Virus record (IMG/VR): IMGVR_UViG_3300042297_000490
Reading direction: 5' to 3' (one strand)
Length of the DNA stretch: 57,554 nucleotides
From: an uncultured virus (IMG/VR IMGVR_UViG_3300042297_000490)
Lineage: Duplodnaviria; Heunggongvirae; Uroviricota; Caudoviricetes
Both the position numbers and the translations under genes were made by a program. Numbering within the stretch: the stretch's first letter is position 1; each line of letters begins with the position of its first letter. Shown one piece after another: positions 46,985-57,554 of this stretch. The notes below the pieces were generated by a model. It saw only the letters and a program-made list of their open reading frames with translations, ran no database searches and was not told the DNA's origin.

Positions 46985-49900
46985 ATGAATATTTGTATTA
47001 CTCCGAATTCAATTAATCTTTTTGCTGCTTATTTTAAGAAAGAGATTCCAAGTTTTTACGACGGAAATGTTACTGCAAAACAAATGATGACAATGCTTTT
47101 TAACAAAGCGTTGTCTGATTTTGAACCACAGTTAGGTTTTTCAAAAGAAAAGACCAGAGAGATTGTGTTACAGCATTTAACTATTGCGCCTGAAATGTTA
47201 TATGCACACTTAAATGCACCAATGACGAAAAAAAATGAAAGTTTATTTTCTGACATTAAAGCTTTACGTGATGAAATAATTAATGCAAGTGTTAATGAAA
47301 ACGGAGAGTTTCCAAATATTGTTAATCAAATAGGTAAAATGGTTGGAGGGGTTAGTCAACTTCCTCCAGTTGTTAACATGCAAGAGGGATTTGATGCAAT
47401 GTCTTCAGAGTTTAACAAAACATACAATCTTAATTTAGATTTATCTGAAATTCCTTCTACGGTTGAAGAAAAAAGAAACTCTAAATTCAGACAGAGTGTT
47501 CAATTATCTATTTTAAATTCACCAACATCTGATCTAAAATTAAGAGCTTTTAAAAGCCAAGATGTTTTATCAAAAACAGATGTTGTTTCTGAATACGCTC
47601 GTATAAAAGATAATGACGTAGTTCTATTGTTTACTGACGCAAAAGGAAACATTGTAAAATTCAATGAAGCTGGTAATGTTTCTGAAACAGGAAGTTCTCC
47701 TGTAATGAAAATTAAAACAGAACCGCATCACTTTAAAAGACAGACTGAATTGTTGCCTGCAATCTATGCAGAAAATAATGGTGTTTCTATAGAAGAAGCC
47801 ACTCGTATTGTTCAAACTAAAATTGATAACTATTTAAAATCAATTGCAAGAATTGCACAAAGGATAGAAGATGGAAAAACAATTCTTTTAGATATTGATT
47901 ACAAGAATAGTGATCATGGTGTCATGAAATATAACATCAATAAAAGAAATCCATTAAAGGCCATAGCAAACTTGGCTAAATTAAATTTTTCGGTAAATCA
48001 ACGCGATAAAAGATATTGGATAGAATTAAAAGCAGAGGGTTCAAATAAGCCAACAAGCGTTTTTAGTAAATTGTTAAGTTCTATATCTGATGAACAGTTT
48101 GAAGCTTTGTATGAATTAATTGTAAATACTAAACCAAAAGTAGCAACTACAAAAGAAAATCAAGAAGATGCTGCATGGTCCACAGTAGATAGAAATATTC
48201 TTATATCAAGTTTAATACAGCGTTCAAAAGATAAAGTATTTACAGAATTTCTTTTACCAGAAAACGGTAAGAAAAAATTACCACACGTTTATATTCAAAA
48301 TGTTTTATTTGAAATAAAAGAAGAAAATTTTTCTGACATTAAAGAAGCATTGCGAAATTTTGTTTACAATAGGACAGGTGTTCCTTTTGTACCAAAAGGT
48401 GATATGACAGATGTAAAGATTTTTAATTCATTAGAAGAAACAACTGATGAACAACAGTTGTATTACAACAATGGTCAGCTTTATATTTCTAAATCACCTG
48501 CAATAAATTTTGGATTAAAACCAAAATCAAACATAGATTCTCAATTACATGTTATAACTGGTATTGAAGATGGCGTTGTTAAAACAAAGCTTACAACAAT
48601 TTTAGATAACGTAATTGATCTTGGTAGTACAATGTATGAATTAAACAATCAAGGAGAGTTTAAAGCATCTGATCCATACGTTTCATTTACTGAACAAGTT
48701 GAAGACGTTGTGACTAACATAGATGTTCTTGATACGGTAAAAGAAAACTATAAAGGAAAAAGTTTATTTCAATCACTTGCATCTCAAAATAGAGAATCTG
48801 TTTCTGAAGCACAAGAATTGCGGGCAGATGCATGGATGAAAACTAATCCATTATTGCGTGTACTGAAGGTAAATTTTTCAGACGAAATTCATGAATTTGG
48901 TCCAAACTTTTTAGCAGAGTTTGTGGGTAATTCAATTAATATGTATTTGGGTTCTAGCAAAACAGATTTATATCACGAATCATTTCACGCATATAGTATG
49001 GGAATACTTACTGCGGTAGAAAGAAATAACATGTATGCTGAATTAAAAAACAAACCTGGATACTTTGATGTAACAGTTAAAGGCGTTGAAAAAAGACTTG
49101 CTTTTGCAAATGCAAATGAATTAGAACTTGAAGAATATTTAGCTGAAGAGTTCCGTAAGTTTGCTATGTCAAAAGGAAAGTATTCAAATAAACTTTCAAC
49201 AAGAGTATCACAATTCTTTGAAAAAATATCTAATCTTTTAAAAGGGTTATTTGGTAATATGCGTCTATCTGATGCAATAGCATTGAATCGTGTTCAAGGT
49301 GTAACGAATGCAATGTTTAATAACTTGTATGAAGGTAACATTGATGTTTCTAAATTTAGTAGTAGAGATTCACATGCTGTATATCAATCAGCTGAATTAC
49401 AAAAAGAACTTAATTTTTCATTAGAAGAAACTCATTTAGTAATGGACTCAATGCAGGCATTGTTTACCGAATTTGTTACTGAAGGTGTAAATGCAATGGA
49501 TAATTCAGATGAGAATTCGCAAAATGGTATATTTGCTATGACTCATTTAGCTTCAATTAATCCTATTACGAATAAATTAGAATATGAAGAAGCTCAAGCA
49601 ATCGTTGCTGATTTTAAAAAATCTTATGCTGATAAATACAATGGGTATGGTATTTTTAGAATTCAAAATAATCCTGTTTTAACACAAATGGGTTTAGATT
49701 TTGTTAAAAAAAGATTACAACAAAAGGTTGCAATTCACAAATTAACATTAGAAGATGAACCAAATAATCTTTCAGCAAAATTTGCTATTGATACTTTAAA
49801 TAAAGCCATTGCTAACTTTGGAAATTTAGAAAACATTGATACAATTTTAACCAAACAAGAATCGTATGGTGACATGGCATCTTTGTTTATTAATGAGTAC

Positions 49901-52900
49901 AGTTATGTCAATACCGAAAAAGAAAAATATGAAGATGACGAACGTGTTATTTTTGAAAGAACTGGTGCTGAATTTTCAATTTCAGAATTAGTTGATGATC
50001 AAACTAAACAACTTTTAAGTACCATCAGTTCTTATTCTAAAAATGGTAAAGGTACATTAGAAGTTAATGCTCTAGGTTTTGCAAAACTTGCACCATTTAA
50101 AACAATGCTTGCTAAAACTGCAAAGTTGTTAACTAATACATTAGATCGTGACGACATGTATCAAAAATTACTTGCAGCTAGTATTGATGATTTTCAAATT
50201 AAAGAACTTGTTTCAAAACTTGGTAATCCTGGTTCACCTTCTTCAACTTTTGAAGAACAGAATCAATGGTTAGCATTTTGGCAATCTCTTAATAAAGCGG
50301 ATGTATTATTACGAGAACAAATTATTGAAAAAACGGTTACATATACAAATGAAGAAAAGGATGAAAACTTTGTAGAAAGTCGTACTACTTCGCATTCAGG
50401 TAGAACAGCAGCATCGGAAACATTTATTAAAAATGATTGGAATGATAATTTCACATCGTTATTAGAAATTATTGGTGAACGTATAGAACAAGGCGAAAAT
50501 AAATTTTCACCATATACATTAAACCTTAAATCTTTTTTTGAAAATAAAAATCATTCAAAGTTTTTAAAAGAAGTGCATGAGTCTGTTAATGGTGGAATTT
50601 CTATTTCAAAAAGTGCGTATCTTAAATTACCAAAAGCAACTAAAGCACAGTTTTCATCAACGCCAAAATTAAGAGCATACGCAGAACCAGTAGAGTTTTT
50701 AAAATTATTTGGAATTAATATTTCAGATGATCCAATTGTTAAACAAATACTAAAAGAAGGTTCTGATGATTTAAAAATTAAAGCTAGTGATTACCCATAT
50801 TTTGTTGATTTTCTTATAAAAAAACAAGATGCAATTAATGGTACAGGGATTAGAAGTTTATCTGATTTAGCAAAAGATTTTTATTACTATGAAGATGGTG
50901 TGAGAATTGACGAAATTGGAAAAGCTGGATTCATAAATAGTTTAATCAAATTACACTCAATGTATTCAAGCGATAGCACATCGTTTATGTCGATGACAGC
51001 GTATGGTGAGAAGGCAAGTGAAAAAGTATTAAACTCATCACTTACAGTTGAGGTGCAGGCTTTAAATAAAGCAAATCATTATGATGAATTAATTGCAATG
51101 CAAGGGATGTCTAAATTTAATTATTTAGAAAATCCTTCTGTTGCTGGTTCTAAATGGTTTGTTGATATGTTTCAATTAGATCACTTTAATCCAACGGTAC
51201 GTGGTAAAAGAAACCCTGGCATTAGAATTTCAGTTGAGAATTTATCTGGTTCCAAATTAATACACACTGTAAAACGTGTTGACGAAGATGGTAGATTGAT
51301 AGACATGACATCTGAAGATAAAGGTATATCATCAATTGGTTCTGATGAAAAAACAAAATTTTTATCCGATGTATTGTTGACATTAGATGGTGTTCAAGAG
51401 ATACCAAGAACAGAAGCAAAATCTTCTTCATTAACAGTTCTTGCAAATCAAATGAGAAACAATTCAATTGTTGGTGGTAAAACCAAAGAATTGATTGTAA
51501 ATGCACAAGACATTGATACTATTTTTACAGATGGATACGCTGGTTCTATTTTAAGTAATGAAATGATTGGTCATTTAGAAGCAGAGTTAATTCGAATGGT
51601 TCGATTGGAAAAATTAGAACAGGAGATTTTAATTGATCCTGAAAACTTTGCAATTGACTTTAAGTATTTTGAACGTGGTAAAAACTTCTTTTTGTTTGAT
51701 GATATTTTAGATGTCGATACCAAAAATGATTTGTTGAAGTTAGCTCGTTCTCTTTCTATAGACGACCTGCAATCATTCAGCATCAGAAAACAATTAAGTC
51801 CTGGATTAAAGAAGAACATTGAATCTAATTTGAAGTCATACTTTAGTAAAAAAGCTGAAACATTAAATAAATTAAAATCAGATACAGTATTTCCAGATGA
51901 ATTAATTGAGAAATATAAAAGTACCGCTGTAGAAAATGAATCAATTTCTGATACAAAACTTAGAATTTTTAGAGCACACATTGTAAATAACTTTATCCAA
52001 AATACTAATTACACATCATTGTTTTTAGGTGATTTGGCGTTATACAACATTGAGGGTGGTGATTTCCACAAACGTAATGCCGGTATGATTTCTACTGGAA
52101 AAATATTTGCATCAGATGAATCATTCAAAAATTTTGTAAACAATAATGCACAATTTAATAATTTTGGTTACGCTAAACAATTGGGTATTGAGCGTGATTA
52201 TCAATATACTGGTGATTTAAAAACTGCAATTTTAGATGAGTCTAAAGTACCATCATCATATTTAGAAGAGCTTGAAAAAAAACTTGGTAAAGAAACTGCA
52301 GAAACATACAGTAACATGGAAGAAGCCGATGGTCAAGGTTGGATAACTTTTGATACATACAGGCTGTTAAATATTTCATGTGGTGAATGGTCAGCAGGTC
52401 AAGAAAAACTTTATCAGAAAATTATTAAAGGTGAAACTATTGAGCAAACTGATATGAGTTCTACGTTTCCAGTAAAAAAGTTTCAATACTACGGACCGTT
52501 AAGTACAACAGATAAGTTTAAATCAATGAATTTAGGGCTTACTGCTTTTCATAAGTATTCATTAGCTCCATTGATTCCAAATGAAATTAAAGGAACTAAA
52601 CTTGAAGGATTACACAAGTCAATGATGGAACAAGGAATTGATTATGCTACTATGCAATCAGGTTCCAAACTTTCTACATTGTCACGCGTAGCTGTAGAAA
52701 CTAATGCTGATGGTAAAAAAGTAATTGTTAAAAAACCAGATACGTTTTATAAAAAAGATCGTTCTGTAGATGCTGATTTAAAATTTGTTCCGAATATAAT
52801 TTCAGTTAAACATTTGAAAAATCAGGTGTTTATTGATGAAGGATATAAAGGAAAAGTAGTGTTACCAACACAAATGAAAAAAATGATTCTTCATGGTATT

Positions 52901-55900
52901 GCTGATAATGGTGTGCCAATGGATTATTTAAAAGGTGATGCAGATAGAATTGCTAAATGGAAGTCTATTAAAACTGAAAAAGAACGCCTTGCTGCATCTA
53001 AAAATTATGGATGGTATAAAGAGTACACTGACATATTAACAACGTATAGAGATCACGTAAGAGAAGATTTGCTTGAGAATATTGATTACCAATACAATCC
53101 TACTACAGGAACGTATGAAGGAGATAGTACAAAACTAGCAGATTACATTAAACGTGAAATGATTAAGAATGATTATCTACCACATGAAGTTGCTTTTTTA
53201 ACTGATGCTTCTGGTAGATTGGTTGAGGATTTATCATATTCATTAAACAGTCAGAAGATCGAAGAAATTGTGGTTACCTTAATTGATTCATCTCTTCGTA
53301 AAATAAAAGTTAATGGTGAAGCTTTGGTTCAAGTGTCTGGTGCTATGTATGAAAGTTCAGACATGGAAGCAGACGCTAATGGAACTAATGGATTAAAGTT
53401 TTATGAAAGTCGTGATGAAGATGGTTCATTGACGTTTGCAATGGAAGTTAAAATTTCATTGCAGGGGGATTTCAAAAAATTATTATATGCAGATCATCCA
53501 GATAAAAAGCCTATTCGTGTTTTAGATAAAAAAGGCGTTATGGATTACGATGCATCTTTAAAAAGATTGAATGAATCGATTAAAGATCCTGAATGGAATG
53601 CAAAACATAAAGCAATGTTAAACTTTCCTGGAACTCGTATCCCAACACAAGGTCCTAATGCTTTAGACTCGGTTACGGTTGCTGAATTTTTACCTGAATA
53701 TTCTGGTGCAAAAGTAATTTTACCATCAGAGATTGTGGCTAAATCAGGAGCGGATTACGATATTGATAAAATGTTCTTCTTGTATCCAAGTATTTCTATT
53801 ATCAACAGCAAACCTGAATTGAATAACTACTACGGTAGAGATACTGGTGCTTATGATCGTTACGCTGCAGAGTACACTGACTTTTATGAATCAAACATTA
53901 CACCTTTAGAAAAAGAGTTATCTGCAGTTTACGATGAGTCTGAAAAATTATTTAAAGATCAAACGGTTGCATTTGAAAAAGCAGAGTTGTATCAACCTGC
54001 ATTAGATTTATTGTATCCAGAGCGTAAAAAATACAACGATCAATTAAAAGAATTAAAATCAACTGGAACGTACCTTGGAACTAAACTAGGTAAAGCTGCA
54101 GCAAATGAATATAAAGAACTTATTGAAACAGAAATATCTAAAATAAATGCACAAATAGATTCAATCAATACACTGCGTGATGGAATATTTTTGCAATATG
54201 TTGGAACCCTTTCTACAGAATTAAGTGCGAAATTTGATAATTTCAAAAAACAAAAAGCATCGCTTAAAGAAAAGATTGCAGCTCAAAAAGAAATTGGTGC
54301 TGAATTAGAACGTAAGAAAGTTGGCCATTCTGTAAAAGGACTTGAGAATAAACTGGTTAATTTGTTTAATAGAAAGATTTTAGCTAAAGATAATTTTGTT
54401 GATTTGGTTACACCGAATACAACAAGAGATGTATTACCAATAGCGAACGCTTTGGAAACAAAAATTACTGCTGGTAAATACAACAAACTTGAAAAAATAC
54501 ATGCTGATAAATCTGATTCAATATCACGTACAACAGTAATGGATTACATGTATAACTTGCAAAAACATCAAGAGAACTCTGTTGGTATGGAGTCTTTGGG
54601 TATTGCTGCTGTTGTATCTACATTCTTTGCAATGTTTAGTACGTTTGATTCAAGATTAAACACAGCTAAAAGAGAAGACTTGGAGAAATTTAATGATGAC
54701 ATAAGAATTTACAATGATCCAAAATCTAACGGTGCTTTAAAAGCAAAAGCTTTAGAAAGAATTAATAATTTTAAAGCATACACATTAAAATTAAACCATA
54801 ATGAAATTGATGGTAGAATATCAGTTGGTTCTCGTTATGCTAAAGATGGAAAATTAACAGCGGATATTATTTCACAGTTGATTAATGGTTATGTCGATGT
54901 TGGTAAAAATGCATGGGTATTTAACATCCAAGGTAATAAAGAGAATACTCCGAACCTTTTGTTTATGGTTATGGCAGGTGTTCCAATTAATGATGCAATT
55001 TATATTTCTTCTAATCCGTTAACGATTAGATATAATACCATTAAAAAAGAATTATCAGGAACGTATTCAAAATTAAATGAAAATAATCCAATCGGTAAAT
55101 CTTTATCACCAGATGCAATTAGAGAAGAAGCTTTAGATATTTTAAAGAAAGAGTATGAAAAAGAATTGTTTGATGCTGGATACGCAAAGCATTCCTTTTT
55201 TGGTATCAACAATGTAGCGTCCAATAATTCTATTTTTGAAACTAACTTTCTTGAAGGACGAATAGGTTCTTCTACAGTGAACAAAGATGACATTGAAATC
55301 TTTGCACAATATGTTGCACTAGAAGAATTGTCTGCAGATGTAACAAAGTTTTCACAAGTTTCTAAATACGATACGACAAAGATTAGCAATATAACAGATG
55401 CTGAAAAAAATATTGCAGATGTCATGAAATTAAAAAGTGGTCATACTGCTATACCAGCAGAATGGTGGACTAAATTTGAAACATCTCCAATTGGTATTTA
55501 CAACAATACCAATTTGGTTATTAATATGTTTAAGAATTTTTTCAAAATTAAAAACAATCCTGTTGTTAATAGATTAGCCTTGTCATTGAATGGCGGTAAT
55601 AAAAAAGGAATACTTCCAATTGTATTACGTAACGCCTTTAAAAACGATTTAATGTGGTTCTTGTACCAAAATTCAGTATATAGAACAGACACATATACAA
55701 GTGCTAGTAGAGTTGGAGAAAGCAATGCTACGTTTGATTTAGTTAAAGAAGTTGAATCTACTGTAAAACCTACTGCACAATCTGCTAGTGTTGAAAAAAC
55801 AAATAAAATTATTGTAAGAAGTGAGTTAAAAGCAAATCCTACAACTTTATATTTATTTGGAGATAATGATATAAGAAAAGGATTAGGCGGTCAAGCAAAA

Positions 55901-57554
55901 GAAATGCGTGGTGAATCAAATGCTATTGGTATATCTACTAAAAAATTACCAGCAAGTAATGAAGAAGCATATAAATCAGATGCTGAACTAGAAAAAAACA
56001 AAAAAATTATTACTGCAGATATAAACAAAGCAATTGCAGAATGGAATACAGGAAAATATAATAAACTTATAATTCCTCAAATGGGTGTTGGTTTAGCTGA
56101 ATTACCTACAAGAGCTCCACTAACATTTAAATTCTTACAACAAGAACTTAAAAGATTAGAAGATCAAATTGCTCAACCAGCTTCTAGTGTTAATCCTGCA
56201 AATAAATTAACAACTGCATACAAGATTGATCGATCAAATGGTAAAGTTTATTACAACCTTGGTGCAGTTAAAAATGAGATTTTGCAAGATGGTCATGTAT
56301 CGCATTTATTTGATTCAATTAATTCACCAGTAGAGTATGTTAAATACAAAGTTGAATTAGAATTACTTAAAGACGAAATTCAAGATGAGTATGGTCGATT
56401 TGATGCATTAACTGATTTGTCAGAAATTGAAATTGAAAGAAAAAATTTAGAGTTAGAAGGTGCAACAGAAAAAGAACTTGATGCAGTTGATGCTAAAATG
56501 AAACCTATTCAAGATAAGTTAGATGCAATTGATGCTCAAATTCGTGAAAACTTTTATTACTATTCATACAAAAAAGAAAAGTTTGGAAATGAGTTACCGA
56601 TGGATGACTTGTTAAAACTTGAAGCATTGTATAGAACAAAAACACCAGGGATGTTATTCGACAAAGAAGTTGGGTTAGTTGGTATTTTTAAAGCAATGAA
56701 AGCAAAACATGCAGATGCTTTTAGTGAATTTTCATTAATTCAAGATATGAAGTTTGACACTGAAAATAAAAGCGAAGGTACAAGAAAATCAAATTTTTAT
56801 TTGGCTGAAAAAGCAGATCCAATTTTGACTAAAGTTTATTTGGAAAATCTTACCAAGCTTCAGAATTTTCCTGATCCAGCAGTAAAAGAATTCTTTTCTA
56901 AAAATGCATTTGAGCACATGATATTTATGCAATCAGGTATGAATACTGCAGCTAAATATTATTTAGGAAAACTTATTACTACTAACAATGTAAAAAATGT
57001 TATCGACTCAACATTCTCATCAGCAGGTTTAACACAATCGTTAAATGAGATTGCAAAGAAAAATGAAAAAGAAAAAAAGATTGCTAAAGCAGTTGGTGGA
57101 GTAGTTGGTAAGTTTTACAATGCATTCAACAATATGGCTGTTAGTGTTTATAAACTTCGTAATAGAGGTTATAATTATGTACAGCCAGAAACAATGTCAT
57201 TGTCAATTGAACAAGAGTATTTGAATTCAGTTCAAACATATAATAACATTACATTAGTTGAAAACATTTTAGCGGTTGATCCATCAGAGATGACTCCGTT
57301 TGATATGTCTGAAATATTTGATGAAAAAGATACTGCTACAAAAATAAAAGAAAAAATTATAGCATTGTCTGGTGAAAAACTAGCAATGCCAATGCAAATT
57401 TTAGATGTACCAAATAAAAATATAGCGGTTTCAAGTTGGAATAAATTATTGTTAGAATACTTTGGGTTTAATAACTACGGTGATCATCCTGTATTAGTTG
57501 CAAAAGCAATTAATGCTGTGGCTGGTGGATTGTCAATTGCTGAATCTAAAAATA
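46985..57554 (+). CDS. Giant virion RNA polymerase polyprotein (>3500 aa, 3'-truncated; absent from ORF track)
   Basis: ATG 46985 follows the previous stop. In-frame motifs: YHESFH (48971-48988), DFHKRNAG, EEADGQGW (~52320), GTRIPTQG (53630-53653), SGADYDIDK (53744-53770). The frame is still open at the window end. Confidence 0.88.
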   Translation, partial: MNICITPNSINLFAAYFKKEIPSFYDGNVTAKQMMTMLFNKALSDFEPQLGFSKEKTREIVLQHLTIAPEMLYAHLNAPMTKKNESLFSDIKALRDEIINASVNENGEFPNIVNQIGKMVGGVSQLPPVVNMQEGFDAMSSEFNKTYNLNLDLSEIPSTVEEKRNSKFRQSVQLSILNSPTSDLKLRAFKSQDVLSKTDVVSEYARIKDNDVVLLFTDAKGNIVKFNEAGNVSETGSSPVMKIKTEPHHFKRQTELLPAIYAENNGVSIEEATRIVQTKIDNYLKSIARIAQRIEDGKTILLDIDYKNSDHGVMKYNINKRNPLKAIANLAKLNFSVNQRDKRYWIELKAEGSNKPTSVFSKLLSSISDEQFEALYELIVNTKPKVATTKENQEDAAWSTVDRNILISSLIQRSKDKVFTEFLLPENGKKKLPHVYIQNVLFEIKEENFSDIKEALRNFVYNRTGVPFVPKGDMTDVKIFNSLEETTDEQQLYYNNGQLYISKSPAINFGLKPKSNIDSQLHVITGIEDGVVKTKLTTILDNVIDLGSTMYELNNQGEFKASDPYVSFTEQVEDVVTNIDVLDTVKENYKGKSLFQSLASQNRESVSEAQELRADAWMKTNPLLRVLKVNFSDEIHEFGPNFLAEFVGNSINMYLGSSKTDLYHESFHAYSMGILTAVERNNMYAELKNKPGYFDVTVKGVEKRLAFANANELELEEYLAEEFRKFAMSKGKYSNKLSTRVSQFFEKISNLLKGLFGNMRLSDAIALNRVQGVTNAMFNNLYEGNIDVSKFSSRDSHAVYQSAELQKELNFSLEETHLVMDSMQALFTEFVTEGVNAMDNSDENSQNGIFAMTHLASINPITNKLEYEEAQAIVADFKKSYADKYNGYGIFRIQNNPVLTQMGLDFVKKRLQQKVAIHKLTLEDEPNNLSAKFAIDTLNKAIANFGNLENIDTILTKQESYGDMASLFINEYSYVNTEKEKYEDDERVIFERTGAEFSISELVDDQTKQLLSTISSYSKNGKGTLEVNALGFAKLAPFKTMLAKTAKLLTNTLDRDDMYQKLLAASIDDFQIKELVSKLGNPGSPSSTFEEQNQWLAFWQSLNKADVLLREQIIEKTVTYTNEEKDENFVESRTTSHSGRTAASETFIKNDWNDNFTSLLEIIGERIEQGENKFSPYTLNLKSFFENKNHSKFLKEVHESVNGGISISKSAYLKLPKATKAQFSSTPKLRAYAEPVEFLKLFGINISDDPIVKQILKEGSDDLKIKASDYPYFVDFLIKKQDAINGTGIRSLSDLAKDFYYYEDGVRIDEIGKAGFINSLIKLHSMYSSDSTSFMSMTAYGEKASEKVLNSSLTVEVQALNKANHYDELIAMQGMSKFNYLENPSVAGSKWFVDMFQLDHFNPTVRGKRNPGIRISVENLSGSKLIHTVKRVDEDGRLIDMTSEDKGISSIGSDEKTKFLSDVLLTLDGVQEIPRTEAKSSSLTVLANQMRNNSIVGGKTKELIVNAQDIDTIFTDGYAGSILSNEMIGHLEAELIRMVRLEKLEQEILIDPENFAIDFKYFERGKNFFLFDDILDVDTKNDLLKLARSLSIDDLQSFSIRKQLSPGLKKNIESNLKSYFSKKAETLNKLKSDTVFPDELIEKYKSTAVENESISDTKLRIFRAHIVNNFIQNTNYTSLFLGDLALYNIEGGDFHKRNAGMISTGKIFASDESFKNFVNNNAQFNNFGYAKQLGIERDYQYTGDLKTAILDESKVPSSYLEELEKKLGKETAETYSNMEEADGQGWITFDTYRLLNISCGEWSAGQEKLYQKIIKGETIEQTDMSSTFPVKKFQYYGPLSTTDKFKSMNLGLTAFHKYSLAPLIPNEIKGTKLEGLHKSMMEQGIDYATMQSGSKLSTLSRVAVETNADGKKVIVKKPDTFYKKDRSVDADLKFVPNIISVKHLKNQVFIDEGYKGKVVLPTQMKKMILHGIADNGVPMDYLKGDADRIAKWKSIKTEKERLAASKNYGWYKEYTDILTTYRDHVREDLLENIDYQYNPTTGTYEGDSTKLADYIKREMIKNDYLPHEVAFLTDASGRLVEDLSYSLNSQKIEEIVVTLIDSSLRKIKVNGEALVQVSGAMYESSDMEADANGTNGLKFYESRDEDGSLTFAMEVKISLQGDFKKLLYADHPDKKPIRVLDKKGVMDYDASLKRLNESIKDPEWNAKHKAMLNFPGTRIPTQGPNALDSVTVAEFLPEYSGAKVILPSEIVAKSGADYDIDKMFFLYPSISIINSKPELNNYYGRDTGAYDRYAAEYTDFYESNITPLEKELSAVYDESEKLFKDQTVAFEKAELYQPALDLLYPERKKYNDQLKELKSTGTYLGTKLGKAAANEYKELIETEISKINAQIDSINTLRDGIFLQYVGTLSTELSAKFDNFKKQKASLKEKIAAQKEIGAELERKKVGHSVKGLENKLVNLFNRKILAKDNFVDLVTPNTTRDVLPIANALETKITAGKYNKLEKIHADKSDSISRTTVMDYMYNLQKHQENSVGMESLGIAAVVSTFFAMFSTFDSRLNTAKREDLEKFNDDIRIYNDPKSNGALKAKALERINNFKAYTLKLNHNEIDGRISVGSRYAKDGKLTADIISQLINGYVDVGKNAWVFNIQGNKENTPNLLFMVMAGVPINDAIYISSNPLTIRYNTIKKELSGTYSKLNENNPIGKSLSPDAIREEALDILKKEYEKELFDAGYAKHSFFGINNVASNNSIFETNFLEGRIGSSTVNKDDIEIFAQYVALEELSADVTKFSQVSKYDTTKISNITDAEKNIADVMKLKSGHTAIPAEWWTKFETSPIGIYNNTNLVINMFKNFFKIKNNPVVNRLALSLNGGNKKGILPIVLRNAFKNDLMWFLYQNSVYRTDTYTSASRVGESNATFDLVKEVESTVKPTAQSASVEKTNKIIVRSELKANPTTLYLFGDNDIRKGLGGQAKEMRGESNAIGISTKKLPASNEEAYKSDAELEKNKKIITADINKAIAEWNTGKYNKLIIPQMGVGLAELPTRAPLTFKFLQQELKRLEDQIAQPASSVNPANKLTTAYKIDRSNGKVYYNLGAVKNEILQDGHVSHLFDSINSPVEYVKYKVELELLKDEIQDEYGRFDALTDLSEIEIERKNLELEGATEKELDAVDAKMKPIQDKLDAIDAQIRENFYYYSYKKEKFGNELPMDDLLKLEALYRTKTPGMLFDKEVGLVGIFKAMKAKHADAFSEFSLIQDMKFDTENKSEGTRKSNFYLAEKADPILTKVYLENLTKLQNFPDPAVKEFFSKNAFEHMIFMQSGMNTAAKYYLGKLITTNNVKNVIDSTFSSAGLTQSLNEIAKKNEKEKKIAKAVGGVVGKFYNAFNNMAVSVYKLRNRGYNYVQPETMSLSIEQEYLNSVQTYNNITLVENILAVDPSEMTPFDMSEIFDEKDTATKIKEKIIALSGEKLAMPMQILDVPNKNIAVSSWNKLLLEYFGFNNYGDHPVLVAKAINAVAGGLSIAESKN

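Noticed and set aside
418..55725. Numerous short minus-strand and alternate-frame ORFs in the track
   Set aside because: All overlap long + strand genes and have shadow-like composition; those beyond 47 kb are antisense to the RNAP ORF.
1..57554. Stop-codon reassignment (TAG or TGA recoding), known in some crAss-like phages
   Set aside because: Very long ORFs are intact under the standard code, and TAG (1177, 12563) and TGA (8649) fall at sensible gene ends.

Overview
AT-rich, gene-dense window with every credible gene on the + strand. It holds the virion (late) module of a crAss-like phage (Crassvirales-type podovirus; host probably Bacteroidetes). Gene order: 5'-truncated terminase large subunit, portal, scaffold-like protein, major capsid protein, capsid-accessory and ring proteins, three tiny Lys-rich peptides, a Cys-rich tail-hub/fibre cluster, collagen, vWA and tail-collar fibres, an HU/IHF-like gene, ring proteins, muzzle/stabilization protein, and cargo/ejection proteins. 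It ends in a >3,500-codon ORF (46985 to window end) that the ORF track omits because it has no stop in the window. That ORF is a virion-packaged two-barrel RNA polymerase (RIPTQG...ADYDIDK) fused to a zincin protease and an inserted macro-like module. The most unusual non-coding signal is a ~75-nt intergenic unit (about 22459-22535, promoter-like motif to terminator) that is antisense in two blocks to the translation-initiation regions of two genes flanking the capsid gene. Product names come from motif recognition and synteny only; no database searches were run.
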